31,605 nucleotides of DNA from an uncultured bacterium (GCA_963822585.1 CAWGIE010000013.1:1-31605); one strand, 5' to 3'. Shown: positions 1 through 10,206, counted from the first letter of the stretch. Notes: a model not told the origin generated them from the letters alone. Numbers and translations are program-made.

Positions 1-1440
1 CTTAATCCCGCCACTCGACGGGGGACGCAAAGTGATGGTGACCGGAAAGCTGCTCCGCGTGCGCGCGGTCACTGCGCTGCTTTTGACTTCGGCCGACGGT
101 TTGCAAACGGCCAATGTCTCCGTCGGCGATAGCCTAACGATAACGGCGCGGCCGACTTTGCTGCCGGGAAATTCGGCGAAGTGGACATTGCGCAACGACG
201 AAGGATTCGAAGGCACCGTCACGACGAACCGCACGAACCTGATTCTGACGGCAGCTGCAAAAGACGACGCGACTGTGAGCGAGCTGGCGATCGTGCAGAG
301 CTGCGCCGGCGAACCGACGACGCTGACTTTGCAAGCTGGCCTAACGAATCTGTTCGATCGCGCCACGGTCACGATTGCGGCCAACGTCGCGGCCGCGACC
401 AACGGTGAAACGGTCTCGGAAGTGCTCGGCAGCGGCGACGGTTCGCGGGCGAATCAGAGCTTCAAACTGAAGCAGACGCCGCTCGCTTACATCCGCTCAA
501 CCGCACCCGGCGGCGCGGAATCAACGCTGCAAATTCGCGTGAACGATCTGCTCTGGCACGAGGTCCCGACGCTTTATCAACGCCAACCGCGCGAGCGCAT
601 TTTCACGACCGAACAAGCGGACGACGGCAGCGTCACTGTCCGCTTCGGCGACGGACTGCGGGGCGCGCGTTTGCCTTCGGGACAACAAAACGTCAAGGCG
701 ACTTATCGCCGCGGGATTGGTCTCGCCGGACTCGTTAGGGCGAATCAGCTCAGCACCTTGCTCACGCGGCCGCCGGGATTGAAATCAGCGATCAATTCGC
801 TGGCAGCGGAAGGCGCGGACGATCCGGAAACTTTTGCAACAGCGCAGGAAGACGCGCCGATCACAGTTCTCACCCTCGATCGCGTCGTCTCTCTCGAAGA
901 CTACGAAAACTTCAGCCGCACCTACGCCGGGATCGCAAAAGCGCTCGCCACCTGGACGTGGGACGGACGCACGCGCGGCGTCTTTGTGACGGTCGCCGGA
1001 CCGCTCGGCGCGGAAGTTGCCGATGCACTCATCGCCGATCTCATCACCGCGATTCACGCAGCGGGTATCCTTTTGTCCCGTTGCGGATCGCGACCTACCA
1101 GGAAGCGCTCTTCCGGCTATCGGCTCAGCTCAAGATCGATCCAAATTTTGAAACGGAGAAGGTGCTGTCGGCGGCGCGCGACGCTTTGCGCGCGGAGTTC
1201 TCCTTCGCGGAACGCGGCTTCGGTCAGCCGGTTGTGTTGAGCGAAGTGATCGCGCTTCTGCAGTCGATCGCCGGCGTCGTCGCGGTCAATCTCAAGAAAC
1301 TCTATCGCACCGGCAACGTCGCGAAGCTCAACGTGCGACTGGAAGCGGAGTTGCCTAACGGCGGCGATCCGAATTCGTTAGGCGCGGCCGAGCTGCTGAC
1401 GCTCGATCCGGCGCCGATCAATCTGGAGGTGATGCCATGA
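1..1440 (+). CDS. Baseplate J-like (T4 gp6-like) protein of a phage-tail/eCIS operon; 5' truncated by the window edge; one frameshift near 1070
   Basis: Frame is open from the window start. It carries typical eCIS baseplate motifs (GSGDGSRANQSF, FGDGLRGARLP, ATYRRGIG, GADDPE, LDRVVSLEDYE). The C-terminus continues in the 958..1440 frame (FSFAERGFGQPVVLSEVIALLQSIAGVVAV). Stop overlaps the next ATG (ATGA). Confidence 0.85.
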
Positions 1441-3522
1441 GCTACGATCCGGATCAGCTCTTCAATCTTCTCCCCGCCATCCATCGGATTCGCGATGCGG
1501 AAGAAGGCGAACCGCTCCGGCAATTGCTCGCGCTCATCACCGAGCAGGCTGGCATTCTCGAGGAGGATCTCGAGCAGCTTTACAACAACCAGTTCATCGA
1601 AACCTGCGCGCCCTGGGTGCTCCCCTACATCGGCGATCTCATCGGCTACAAGTCGCTTCATCCGATCGGGCCCGAGCAATTGACGCCGCGGGCGGAAGTC
1701 GCGAACACGATCGGCTATCGGCGACGCAAGGGAACCGCTTCGGTCCTCGAGCAACTGGCGCGCGATGTCACCGCCTGGAACGCGCGTGCGGTCGAATTCT
1801 TCCAACTGCTCGCGACGACGCAGTTCATGAATCACATTCGCCTAACGAACTTCCAGGCGCCCGATGTGCGGCAATGGCAGCCGCTCGAACGCCTCGGCAC
1901 CGCGTTTGAGACAAGCGCACACACCGTCGACGTGCGCCACGTCAGCCGCGGCGAAGGCAAGTATAACATTCCAAACATCGGCATTTTCTTTTGGCGACTG
2001 ACGGCGTTTTCGCTCCACGCTTCGCCCGCGGCGGGAGTGGACGCGCATCGCTGCCTTTTCAATCCATTAGGCGCGAACCTGCCGCTCTTTACCAATCCGC
2101 AGACGGAAAAGTCGATCACGCATCTTGCGGAGCCGATCAACGTTCCCGAGCCAATCAGCCGGCGCGTCCTCGATGCCGCGCTCAGCTCTTACTATGGGCC
2201 GGACCTGAGCCTTTTTATCGACGGGGTGCCGATCGCTGATGTCGCGGTTTGTAATTTGTCCGACACCGATGCCAGCGGGACGACCTGGGCGCACACGCCG
2301 CCAAAATCTCCGGTCGCGATCGATCCGGTGCTCGGTCGAATTGCCTTTCGCGATCCGCGGCCCGACCCGCCGCTGGTTTATTTTCACTATGGATTCAGCG
2401 CCGCGATGGGCGGCGGCGAATACCCGCGTGCACAGACTTTCGACGCCGCGCTCGGTCCTGTCGAAACGGTCGCCTCGCCGGGGCCGATGCAACCGACGCT
2501 CGACGCGCTCGTCGGCGGCGGCGTGGTGGAGCTGAGCGACAGCGGACGCTTTATCGAAACGCCGAGCATCACGCTCGATGCTGGCGTTCGTTTGGAACTG
2601 CGCGCGGCGGACAAGCACCGGCCGATGATTCGCGCGGCCGGAACGATCGATATCACCGGCGGTGCTGATGCGGAGGTGACATTGAACGGCTTGCTTATCA
2701 CTGGTGGTCATCTGCGCATTTTCAGCGCGCTCGGCGACACCTTGCGCAAAGTGACTCTCCTCCATTGCACGTTGGTGCCCGGGTTGTCGTTAGGCATCGA
2801 TGGCGAACCCACGACGCCGGGCGCGCCTTCTCTCCTCATCGAGCAAACGGCGACGCCGATCGAGATCGAGATCGACCATTGCATACTCGGTCCGATCCAT
2901 GCGCCGCCGAACGCGACGGTGACGATTCGCGACAGCATCCTGGACGCGAACAGCGATCTCGCCGTCGCCTATTCCGATCTCGATGGCGCCGGCGCGGGCG
3001 GCACGGTTTCGATCATCAACAGCACGATCATCGGCACGGTGCACACCCGACTGCTCAAGCTCGCTTCGAACAGCATCTTTTTCTCCCGTCACCGAGGACG
3101 ACTCGGCGCCCGTCCGTTCGGAACGACAGCAGACGGGCTGCGTCCGTTTCTCGTGGCTGCCGCTGACTGCGCGGGTACCGCGGCGCTATCGTTGCCAGCC
3201 CGATCTGGAGATCGCGCAGGAGATTGAGGCGACAATCAAGCGATCGCCTAACGGCACCATCAGCAATTCCGATCGAGACGCGATCAAGGATGCCGTCGTC
3301 GTCAGGCTGGTGCCGGCATTTACTTCTTTGCGCTACGCCGACCCCGGCTACTGCCAGCTCCGCCGCTCCGTGCCCGAGTCGATTCGGGCCGGCGCCGATG
3401 ACGAAGCGGAGATGGGCACGTTTCACGACCTTTTTCAACCGCAACGCGAGAGCAACGCGCGGACGCGGCTCGACGAATACCTGCGCTACGGCCTGGCCGC
3501 CGGCGTTTTTTATCAAACCTAA
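1437..3522 (+). CDS. Tail protein I / baseplate wedge (gp7-like) protein with a long C-terminal extension; frameshift near 3085
   Basis: N-terminal LFNLLPAIHRIRD...FIETCAPWVLPYIGDLIG...IGYRRRKGTASVLEQLARDVT matches the P2 gpI-like pattern of eCIS loci. The C-terminus (GCVRFSW...PRRYRCQP...FTSLRYADPGYCQL...EMGTFHDL) lies in the 2983..3522 frame. Confidence 0.8.
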
Positions 3523-3540
3523 CGAACCAGAAAGATCGCC

Positions 3541-6500
3541 ATGAGCTCAGACTTCAGTCGGCAACGCTTCAATCCTGCGAACGATTTCAACAGCGTCCTA
3601 ATGCAGCAGGGCCGCGTCCAATTGGATGCGGATTGGAATGAATGGAACGAGATTCTCGATCGCCGCTGGCGTTCGGAGACGATCGACATCATCGGGCGCG
3701 GGGTCGTGCCGCTGGAGACGCCTAACGGGTTTGAAATCCAGCTCAGCGGTGGCGGCCTAACGATTGGGCGCGGTCGCATCTACGTTGATGGGCTGCAGGC
3801 GGAGAACCATGGCGCGGGCGATCTCGAGTTCGATCCGGTGCTGGCAGAATCGCGCGGTCTCGATCCCATTCCCTACGAGAAACAACCGTATTTTCCTAAT
3901 GCGCCCGCCGCGCCTAACGAGGGCGGACCGCATCTGGTTTACATCGATGTTTGGGAACGGGAGGTGACTTCGGTCGAGGATCCCGACCTGGTTGAGAACG
4001 CGGTCGGTGTCGATACGACTTCCCGGCTGCAAACCGTCTGGCAGGTGCGCGTCCTGCCTAACGTTGGCGCGAACGCCACCTGCGGTGATCCGGATGAACA
4101 AGTGCCGGGCTGGCTCGATATCATTCGCCCGTCGGCTGGTCGCCTAACGACCAAAGCCATCGGCGTCGCCTCGCCGGATGATCCATGTTTGATTCCGCCG
4201 AGCGGCGGCTATCGCGGCTTGGAAAATCGACTTTATCGGGTCGAAATTCACGATGGCGGCGCGGTTGGCACAGCCACTTTCAAGTGGTCGCGCGACAATG
4301 CTTCCGTCGTCACAGGAATCAGCGCAATCGAGGGCGATAAGACGTTAACGGTTGATCGCGCGGTTTGGGATTCGGTGCGCCGTTTCAGTCCAGGCGATTG
4401 GGTCGAGATTACGGATGATTGGCGGGAACTTTCCGGCGCGCCCGGTGAGATTCGGCGCATCGCGACGGTGGTCGATTCAAACCGGACGATTACGCTCGAC
4501 ACCGCACTGACCGCGGGACTTTTTCCGGTCAACGGCCAAAACCAAACGGCGCCGGAGCGCCACACCCGCATCAAGCGTTGGGATCAAGCCGGGATCGTGC
4601 GGGACAGCGACGGAAACACCTATGTCGATCTCGACGCGGCCGGCGGCAGCGGACTGATCGAAGTGCCCGACGCCGGCATCTCGCTCATTCTGGAGGACGG
4701 CGTGGAAGTGACCTTCACGACCGTGCCTAACAATGGCGCGTTTCGTTCCGGCGACTATTGGGTTTTCGCGGCACGCACCGCCGACGCTTCGGTTGAAGAA
4801 TTGGAGGCCGCTCCGCCGCGTGGAGTGCATCATCATTATTGCCGGCTCGGGCTGGTTACTTTTCCCGATCAAGTAATCGACTGCCGAGTCTTTTGGCCGC
4901 CTTCTTTTGGCGGTGAGGGCGAGAGCTGCGATTGCACTCTTTGCGTCACCGCCGAGCAACAAAACCAGGGCACCTTCACGATTCAACAGGCGGTCAATCA
5001 GCTGCTCCAAACCGGCGGCGGCACGGTTTGTCTCGGCCCGGGAATTTTCAACCTGAAGGAAAAACCGGTGCTGCTGAGCGGCGCGATCGGGATTCGCATT
5101 CGCGGTCAGGGCGCTGCCACCATCGTCATCCAACCGAGGGCGAATGCGGCCTTTATTTTCACCCAAACACAGTGGTGCACGCTCGATTACCTGACGATCC
5201 ACTCGATTGCCAGCGGCACCGCGGCGCCGGCCATTCGCCTAACGAACGCAATCGGCACCACCCTTGAGCGACTGCTCATTGGTCCGCCTGCCGAGGGCGT
5301 CGGTCCGCTCGCCGGCGTGTCGCTGGAGGCGGGTTTCCTTTTGCAAACCAAAATCCGCGACAACTTCATTCGTGCGCAAACCGGGATCATTTTCGCGCCT
5401 GAGGAAGCGAACATTGCGCTGCTCCTGAGCGGGTTTTATTGCGAATACAATCTCCTGCAATGCAGCAGGAGCGGCATCAACCTCGGCGGGACGAGCCTTT
5501 ATGGGACCGACACCGTCCTCTCGCGCAATTACATCTTCGACACCGGCATCGCCGGAATCTCGCTAACCGGTTTCGCTTCGCCGGAATTGGAGATCACGGG
5601 GAACACGATCACGCCCTCGAAAGGCGACGGCATCGTCGTCGGCACCGGCGGCGTGCGGATTAATGACAACCGCCTCGTCAATCTCGGCGCTGGCGGAGAG
5701 CACGGCATCCGGCTCGTCCAAGGGCTAATCGCCCTCGCGCTCGCACCGGTCGTGGTGCGGGGAAATCGGATCGTCGGCTGGAATGGCAACGGCCTCTCCA
5801 TCGAGACCATGATCGTCTCAGCGGTCATCCAGGACAACGTCTTCAACTCAATCGCGGGCAATGGCCTCATCATGCTACCGGGAAGCGCGGCGGGGAGCCT
5901 GAAGGTTTTGGCTAACGAACTCATCAACATCGCGGTCGCCGACACCCCGAGCGAGAAGTCGACAGAAATTTCTGCGATCTATCTGCGCGGCGTTTTCGAG
6001 GCCGCAGTTTCGGATAACGCGATCAGCGCGGTGGGCACGAACTCGCCGCTCGCGAAGGTCATCGCCGGGATTCGCATTGACAGCAGCGTGGACGTTCGAG
6101 TCAGCGACAACACGATCACAAACGTCGCGCCGGCTACGCAATTCGCTAATCCCGGGATCGGCCTGCTCGTCGTCGGCCCAATCGTGAACGTGGAAATCGC
6201 CGACAACCTGATCAAGCGGCGGATTTTGCCTAACGACACCGACGGTTCGCCGTGGCAGGCGATTCGCATTGCCGGACTCAGCGGCCGCCAACCAAGTTTC
6301 ATCGCCTTGAATGCGGACTCGCCAACCGGTGAGGTCAATGCCCTGAGCAGCTTCGCCGCGGCGGCCACGCCGGACAACGAGCAGGCGGGCATCGTCGGCA
6401 ATTCGCTCCATGGCTATGGAGCCAGGCCGTTGGCCGAAGTCCTGATCACGGGCAGTTGCCGTTTCAGCGACAATCATTGCTCCGAGATCGACGATAAACT

Positions 6501-6705
6501 GGAGACGGAGGTCGCTCTCGCCGCGAGCGCGATCATCGCGGGCAACAACCGCATCGAAAGCGCGCGCAACACCAGGGCGCTCGACCTGACGGTGGCGAAC
6601 AAGGACGACTTTACGGTCCTCGGCAACATCGTCGGCGGTTCGATCAAAGTGAATGGTGCAGATCTGGACGCGCCTTGGAAACCACTCAATCGCCTCGGCG
6701 CCTAA
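3541..6705 (+). CDS. DUF6519-domain protein with a C-terminal right-handed parallel beta-helix (putative tail fibre/spike), 1054 aa
   Basis: Intact ORF. N-terminal DFSR...VLMQQGRVQLDADWNE, VYIDVWEREVT, GVDTTSRLQTVWQV, GGYRGLENRLYRVEIH and FKWSRDNAS are hallmark DUF6519 motifs. The C-terminal half has repeated I-x-x-N-x-I / GI-x-I rungs. Confidence 0.85.
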   Translation: MSSDFSRQRFNPANDFNSVLMQQGRVQLDADWNEWNEILDRRWRSETIDIIGRGVVPLETPNGFEIQLSGGGLTIGRGRIYVDGLQAENHGAGDLEFDPVLAESRGLDPIPYEKQPYFPNAPAAPNEGGPHLVYIDVWEREVTSVEDPDLVENAVGVDTTSRLQTVWQVRVLPNVGANATCGDPDEQVPGWLDIIRPSAGRLTTKAIGVASPDDPCLIPPSGGYRGLENRLYRVEIHDGGAVGTATFKWSRDNASVVTGISAIEGDKTLTVDRAVWDSVRRFSPGDWVEITDDWRELSGAPGEIRRIATVVDSNRTITLDTALTAGLFPVNGQNQTAPERHTRIKRWDQAGIVRDSDGNTYVDLDAAGGSGLIEVPDAGISLILEDGVEVTFTTVPNNGAFRSGDYWVFAARTADASVEELEAAPPRGVHHHYCRLGLVTFPDQVIDCRVFWPPSFGGEGESCDCTLCVTAEQQNQGTFTIQQAVNQLLQTGGGTVCLGPGIFNLKEKPVLLSGAIGIRIRGQGAATIVIQPRANAAFIFTQTQWCTLDYLTIHSIASGTAAPAIRLTNAIGTTLERLLIGPPAEGVGPLAGVSLEAGFLLQTKIRDNFIRAQTGIIFAPEEANIALLLSGFYCEYNLLQCSRSGINLGGTSLYGTDTVLSRNYIFDTGIAGISLTGFASPELEITGNTITPSKGDGIVVGTGGVRINDNRLVNLGAGGEHGIRLVQGLIALALAPVVVRGNRIVGWNGNGLSIETMIVSAVIQDNVFNSIAGNGLIMLPGSAAGSLKVLANELINIAVADTPSEKSTEISAIYLRGVFEAAVSDNAISAVGTNSPLAKVIAGIRIDSSVDVRVSDNTITNVAPATQFANPGIGLLVVGPIVNVEIADNLIKRRILPNDTDGSPWQAIRIAGLSGRQPSFIALNADSPTGEVNALSSFAAAATPDNEQAGIVGNSLHGYGARPLAEVLITGSCRFSDNHCSEIDDKLETEVALAASAIIAGNNRIESARNTRALDLTVANKDDFTVLGNIVGGSIKVNGADLDAPWKPLNRLGA

Positions 6706-6732
6706 CGAACAACTTCAAATCGGAGAAACATC

Positions 6733-7296
6733 ATGAACAACATCGCAGAAATTCAAGGGGAAAAGACGGTCGCGAGCCTGGCCAAGCGTTTGCTCGCCGA
6801 TCCGTCGAAGGACACGCCGAAGACAACCCAAAGCGAGATGGAAGCGGCGCTCCTGCGTTTGAATCCGGAACTGGATCAAATCGGCGACCTGCCCAAAGGC
6901 ACGGTCGTCGTCGTGCCAGACACTTTCGCACTCGCGCCCGACGAGTCGGTGACGCCGGCGCAAAGCCTGGCGAACGATCTGCTCGATCAGGCAGAGAAAG
7001 CGGTCGCGAATTTACAAGCGACGATCAAGGCGCGCACTCGTGAATTCGCGGCGCAAAGCGCGCAGGTGCAAACGTGGCTGAAAGGCGATCAAGCGAAGCA
7101 GTTGGCGAAACAGTCGCCGGAGCTGAAGGAGATTTTCAGCAGCGCGGCGGCGGCGGCGAAAGCGGTGCCGAAAGAGCTGACCGCGACTGTGACCGCCACG
7201 ACCAAGGCGCTCGATCAGGTGGCCGAGCAGGTAAAGGTGTTTCGGATTACCAACATCAGGGGCAACGCTAACCAATCGGCATCTCAGCTACCTTGA
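6733..7296 (+). CDS. Hypothetical protein with a LysM/tail-X-like N-terminal motif and an Ala/Gln/Lys-rich helical C-terminus; last gene of the operon
   Basis: GGAG ribosome-binding site at about 6722. Motif LLRLNPELDQIGDLPKGTVVVVP resembles the LysM/P2 gpX C-terminal signature. The remainder looks coiled-coil. Confidence 0.7.
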   Translation: MNNIAEIQGEKTVASLAKRLLADPSKDTPKTTQSEMEAALLRLNPELDQIGDLPKGTVVVVPDTFALAPDESVTPAQSLANDLLDQAEKAVANLQATIKARTREFAAQSAQVQTWLKGDQAKQLAKQSPELKEIFSSAAAAAKAVPKELTATVTATTKALDQVAEQVKVFRITNIRGNANQSASQLP

Positions 7297-7393
7297 TTCC
7301 GGCCGCCTCCCGTGCACCAAAGTGATCCAGGCGCCGGCCGCGACGCGAATCTTGGTTTTGGGAAGAAGTCAAAATCGTGTGGGACCAAAACTG

Positions 7394-7437
7394 AGGCAGC
7401 GCCTCTCAGCTTGAGCGACGCTGCCTGTTTCTCTCTT
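7394..7437. terminator. Probable bidirectional intrinsic terminator between convergent genes
   Basis: Stem AGGCAGCG (7394-7401) pairs with CGCTGCCT (7419-7426), with inner CTCA/TGAG pairing. Followed by GTTTCTCTCTT on plus and CAGTTTT on minus. Confidence 0.6.
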
Positions 7438-7444
7438 CGCGTTA

Positions 7445-8605
7445 TCAGTTCCCTATTGGAGTGAGCAAAACGGCATGTGTCAGGCCGTCCTTACCATGGT
7501 AGGCACAGGCGGTGATCTGACCCTGGTCATTAATTGCCGTCGCGGCAAAGAGCCAATACTGCTTGGCTAGCTTTAGGCCGATCAGGTCGTTGAGGTTCAC
7601 CATCTTGGCCGGGAAAGCCCGGTAGATGAAGGCGGCTTGCCTCACGTTGTCTGCCCCCACGTAGCTGTAACCCACAATCTGGTCGCTGTTGTTGATACCC
7701 AAGGCAACACTGTAGTCGGTCCCGGGCAGGTTCGGGGTGAGCGAACCCAGATCGATCAACTTTTCCCCCCTGAAGAGGAAGGCGTGCACCGCATCGGAGT
7801 TGGTGTTCAACATGGAATAGCCAACCACATGATTCGTCATGTTAATGGCCGTCCCATAGCTTGAAACGCCGCCCAATGTTCCAAGGTCGCGCATCGGTTT
7901 TTGGGGGCCGTAGCCAGGCCAAACCGGATAGAGGAAGGCGTGGCGGGCTCCGATGGCGTGCGCGATACTGGCATTGCCAGTCGCGTAGTTGGCATCATTG
8001 ATCGCGGTCGCCTGAGAGTAAGGCCCGCCAAGAGTGCCGATATCCAGCATACGCATGGCGGGGCTCCAGACGAAGCCCCGGCTGTTATCGCTGTCGAATA
8101 CCGAACCAGAGTAACCGACCACGAATCCGTTGGAGTTAACCGCGTTGGCGCGACTGAAAAGCGCGCCTTGCAGCACACCAAGGTCGAGCGGTCTCCCTTT
8201 TCTGAAGATCGCAGCGTGATTGGGTGTTAGGGGCTCCATCTGAGCGAAGTCACCCACCACAGTTCCGGTTTCGCTGATACCGAAGGCCCGGCTCCCGGTG
8301 CCGCCGATATCCACCATTCTGTTATTTGCATAACGAAACGCGCACCCATACGTGCCGATGGTGGATGTTCCCACCACGTGGCCGAGGTTGTTAATCGCGG
8401 CCGGCTCGCTCGCCGTCATCCCCGTGACCACTCCCAGGTCGGTGAGACGATAGGTGAGTTGTGCGTCGTTCTGTTGTGCGCGCAGGGTTGGAATCCCGAT
8501 GGCGAGGCACGTCACCAGGCCGATTGCAGACAAGCCGGCAATCCATCGATTGCGGCTCGATAGCGCATTCGCGCTTGTTCTTTTCTGATTGGATTTTGAT
8601 TTCAT
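7445..8605 (-). CDS. Secreted HAF-repeat protein (probable beta-propeller), 386 aa
   Basis: Signal-peptide-like N-terminus (basic stretch, WIAGLSAIGLVTCLAIG, LRA|QQ). About 7 repeats of DLGTLGG..S.A.AIN....VVG.S.....HAF. Ends in HAVLLTP. Confidence 0.9.
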   Translation of the reverse strand: MKSKSNQKRTSANALSSRNRWIAGLSAIGLVTCLAIGIPTLRAQQNDAQLTYRLTDLGVVTGMTASEPAAINNLGHVVGTSTIGTYGCAFRYANNRMVDIGGTGSRAFGISETGTVVGDFAQMEPLTPNHAAIFRKGRPLDLGVLQGALFSRANAVNSNGFVVGYSGSVFDSDNSRGFVWSPAMRMLDIGTLGGPYSQATAINDANYATGNASIAHAIGARHAFLYPVWPGYGPQKPMRDLGTLGGVSSYGTAINMTNHVVGYSMLNTNSDAVHAFLFRGEKLIDLGSLTPNLPGTDYSVALGINNSDQIVGYSYVGADNVRQAAFIYRAFPAKMVNLNDLIGLKLAKQYWLFAATAINDQGQITACAYHGKDGLTHAVLLTPIGN

Positions 8606-8699
8606 TTTCCTTCTCGCTTTCTATTTTGATTCTTCTTCCATTTCCCTTCTTTCCCTAGTTCAACTGAACGACGGGACGGGGTTGCCGCCGCGCACTTGT

Positions 8700-8716
8700 T
8701 GCTATTTGCAAGCCAA
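8700..8716 (-). promoter_or_regulatory. Candidate sigma54 (-24/-12) promoter for the HAF-repeat gene
   Basis: Minus strand reads TTGGCTTGCAAATAGCA, an exact GG-N10-GC spacing, about 95 nt upstream of the ATG in a long intergenic region. Confidence 0.45.
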
Positions 8717-9186
8717 AACTTGCTCGCCCAAGGGACGGATTTTTCCCGCCTAACGAACGCGCCGGGAGATACCGCAACAGGTCCCCGCGCATCGGATCTC
8801 GCGAGCGGGTGCGCCAAATCCGCCTGCCATCAGCACTCGCGATCCTAACGGGATTCGAAGCCGTGTTACCGCCGAGAAAGGGCGTCTCCAGAGCCACAGG
8901 CGAACGCAGCGCAAGCGTCGCCGAAAGAGCAGGCAACAGCCAGCGCGATGGGCCGTGAAAGCGCCGACCAGCGTGAAGACAGCGCTAACGAATTTTCGGG
9001 TGCAGGCCATCGCAAAGTCGCTCGTTAGGCGCGCCGATCGCCGCGCGCGCTACGTGGCGGAATCGTTGGCCTGTCCGCCCGAAGTTCAAGCGCAGGCCCA
9101 TCGGAGGCATTTCTCGTAGTTGCATCTGCGAGGCAGCTTCTCATTTTGACTGGCCTTCAACCTGCTCCCGATATTGGATTGCGCAC

Positions 9187-10192
9187 ATGTCTCCCTTGGT
9201 CAGCATCGTAATCCCGACCTTCGATCGGCCGGCCTACCTCAAGGAGGCGGTGCGGTCGGCGCTGGCCCAGACCTATGCAAATATCGAGGTGCGGATCGGC
9301 AACAATGGCACTGCCGACGTGACGCGTGATTGGGAGCCGGCGCTGAAAAACGATCCGCGACTTTTCTACCGGCAGAATCCGCGGAATCTCGGAATGCCGG
9401 GCAATTTTAACGCTCTTGCCGACGCCGCCCGCGGTGAATTTCTCGTCGCGATCGGCGATGACGATCGGCTGCTGCCGGAGTTCGCTAGCCGGCTCATGGC
9501 GGAGATGAAACCCGACGTGAACCTGGTTTTCTGCAATCATTACCTGATCAACAGCAAAGGCGTGCGGTTGGAAGCAGCAACCCGGGAACAGACGCGACGC
9601 TACGAGCGCGATAAATTGCCGTCGGGCATTCTCCCCAATGCGCAGGTCGCTGCGTGGCAGCAATCGATCGCCATCTCGGCCGCACTCATGCGCACGGCCG
9701 ACATGCAACGGGTGCGTTTTCGCGAAGATCTCAACACTCCCGACGCCGAATATTTTATCCGCCTGGCGCAGGAAGGAGCGACCTTCGCTTTCGTGCCGGA
9801 CTATCTCGTCGAGTATCGCGTGCATGTCGCCACTTCGACTTCCTCGGGTTTGCGCAGCGAAGGATTGGTGGAATGTCTCTTGCCGATGGAAGTCTCATCG
9901 ACGGTCGAACCTTATAAAACGCAAGTTGCTCGGTCCGCTGCTCATGAATGCGGTCAGCAGGTGTTTGCGCAACGGCGAGCGCGAGCGGGCGAGAAGACTG
10001 CTCAGCAGCAAATACTATCCGCGGCGCGCCATGCTCAGGTCGGGTCCCGTTTCGCGGCTGAAACATTGGACAGCAGCGACAGAACACGCGGTGAAATCCG
10101 GCCTACAGCACTTCTGCGCAAGCCTGCCTGCACCGATTGGGTGTCCCACGTATCGTGTCGTGCGCGCGGCAAAAGATTGGGCGCATTCGTGA
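9187..10192 (+). CDS. Glycosyltransferase family 2; frameshift near 9920
   Basis: PLVSIVIPTFDRPAYLKEAVRSALAQTY, NLGMPGNFN, ARGEF..IGDDD. The C-terminus is plausibly in the 9638..10192 frame. Confidence 0.85.
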
Positions 10193-10206
10193 AGTCCGTC
10201 GCACCG

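Noticed and set aside
1..7296. Prophage
   Set aside because: No head, packaging, integrase, lysis or att features in view, and the genes are rich in the host motif. It cannot be fully excluded without upstream sequence.
8750..9010. 86-aa minus-strand ORF in the intergenic region
   Set aside because: Arg/Cys-rich composition, no RBS and no recognisable family.
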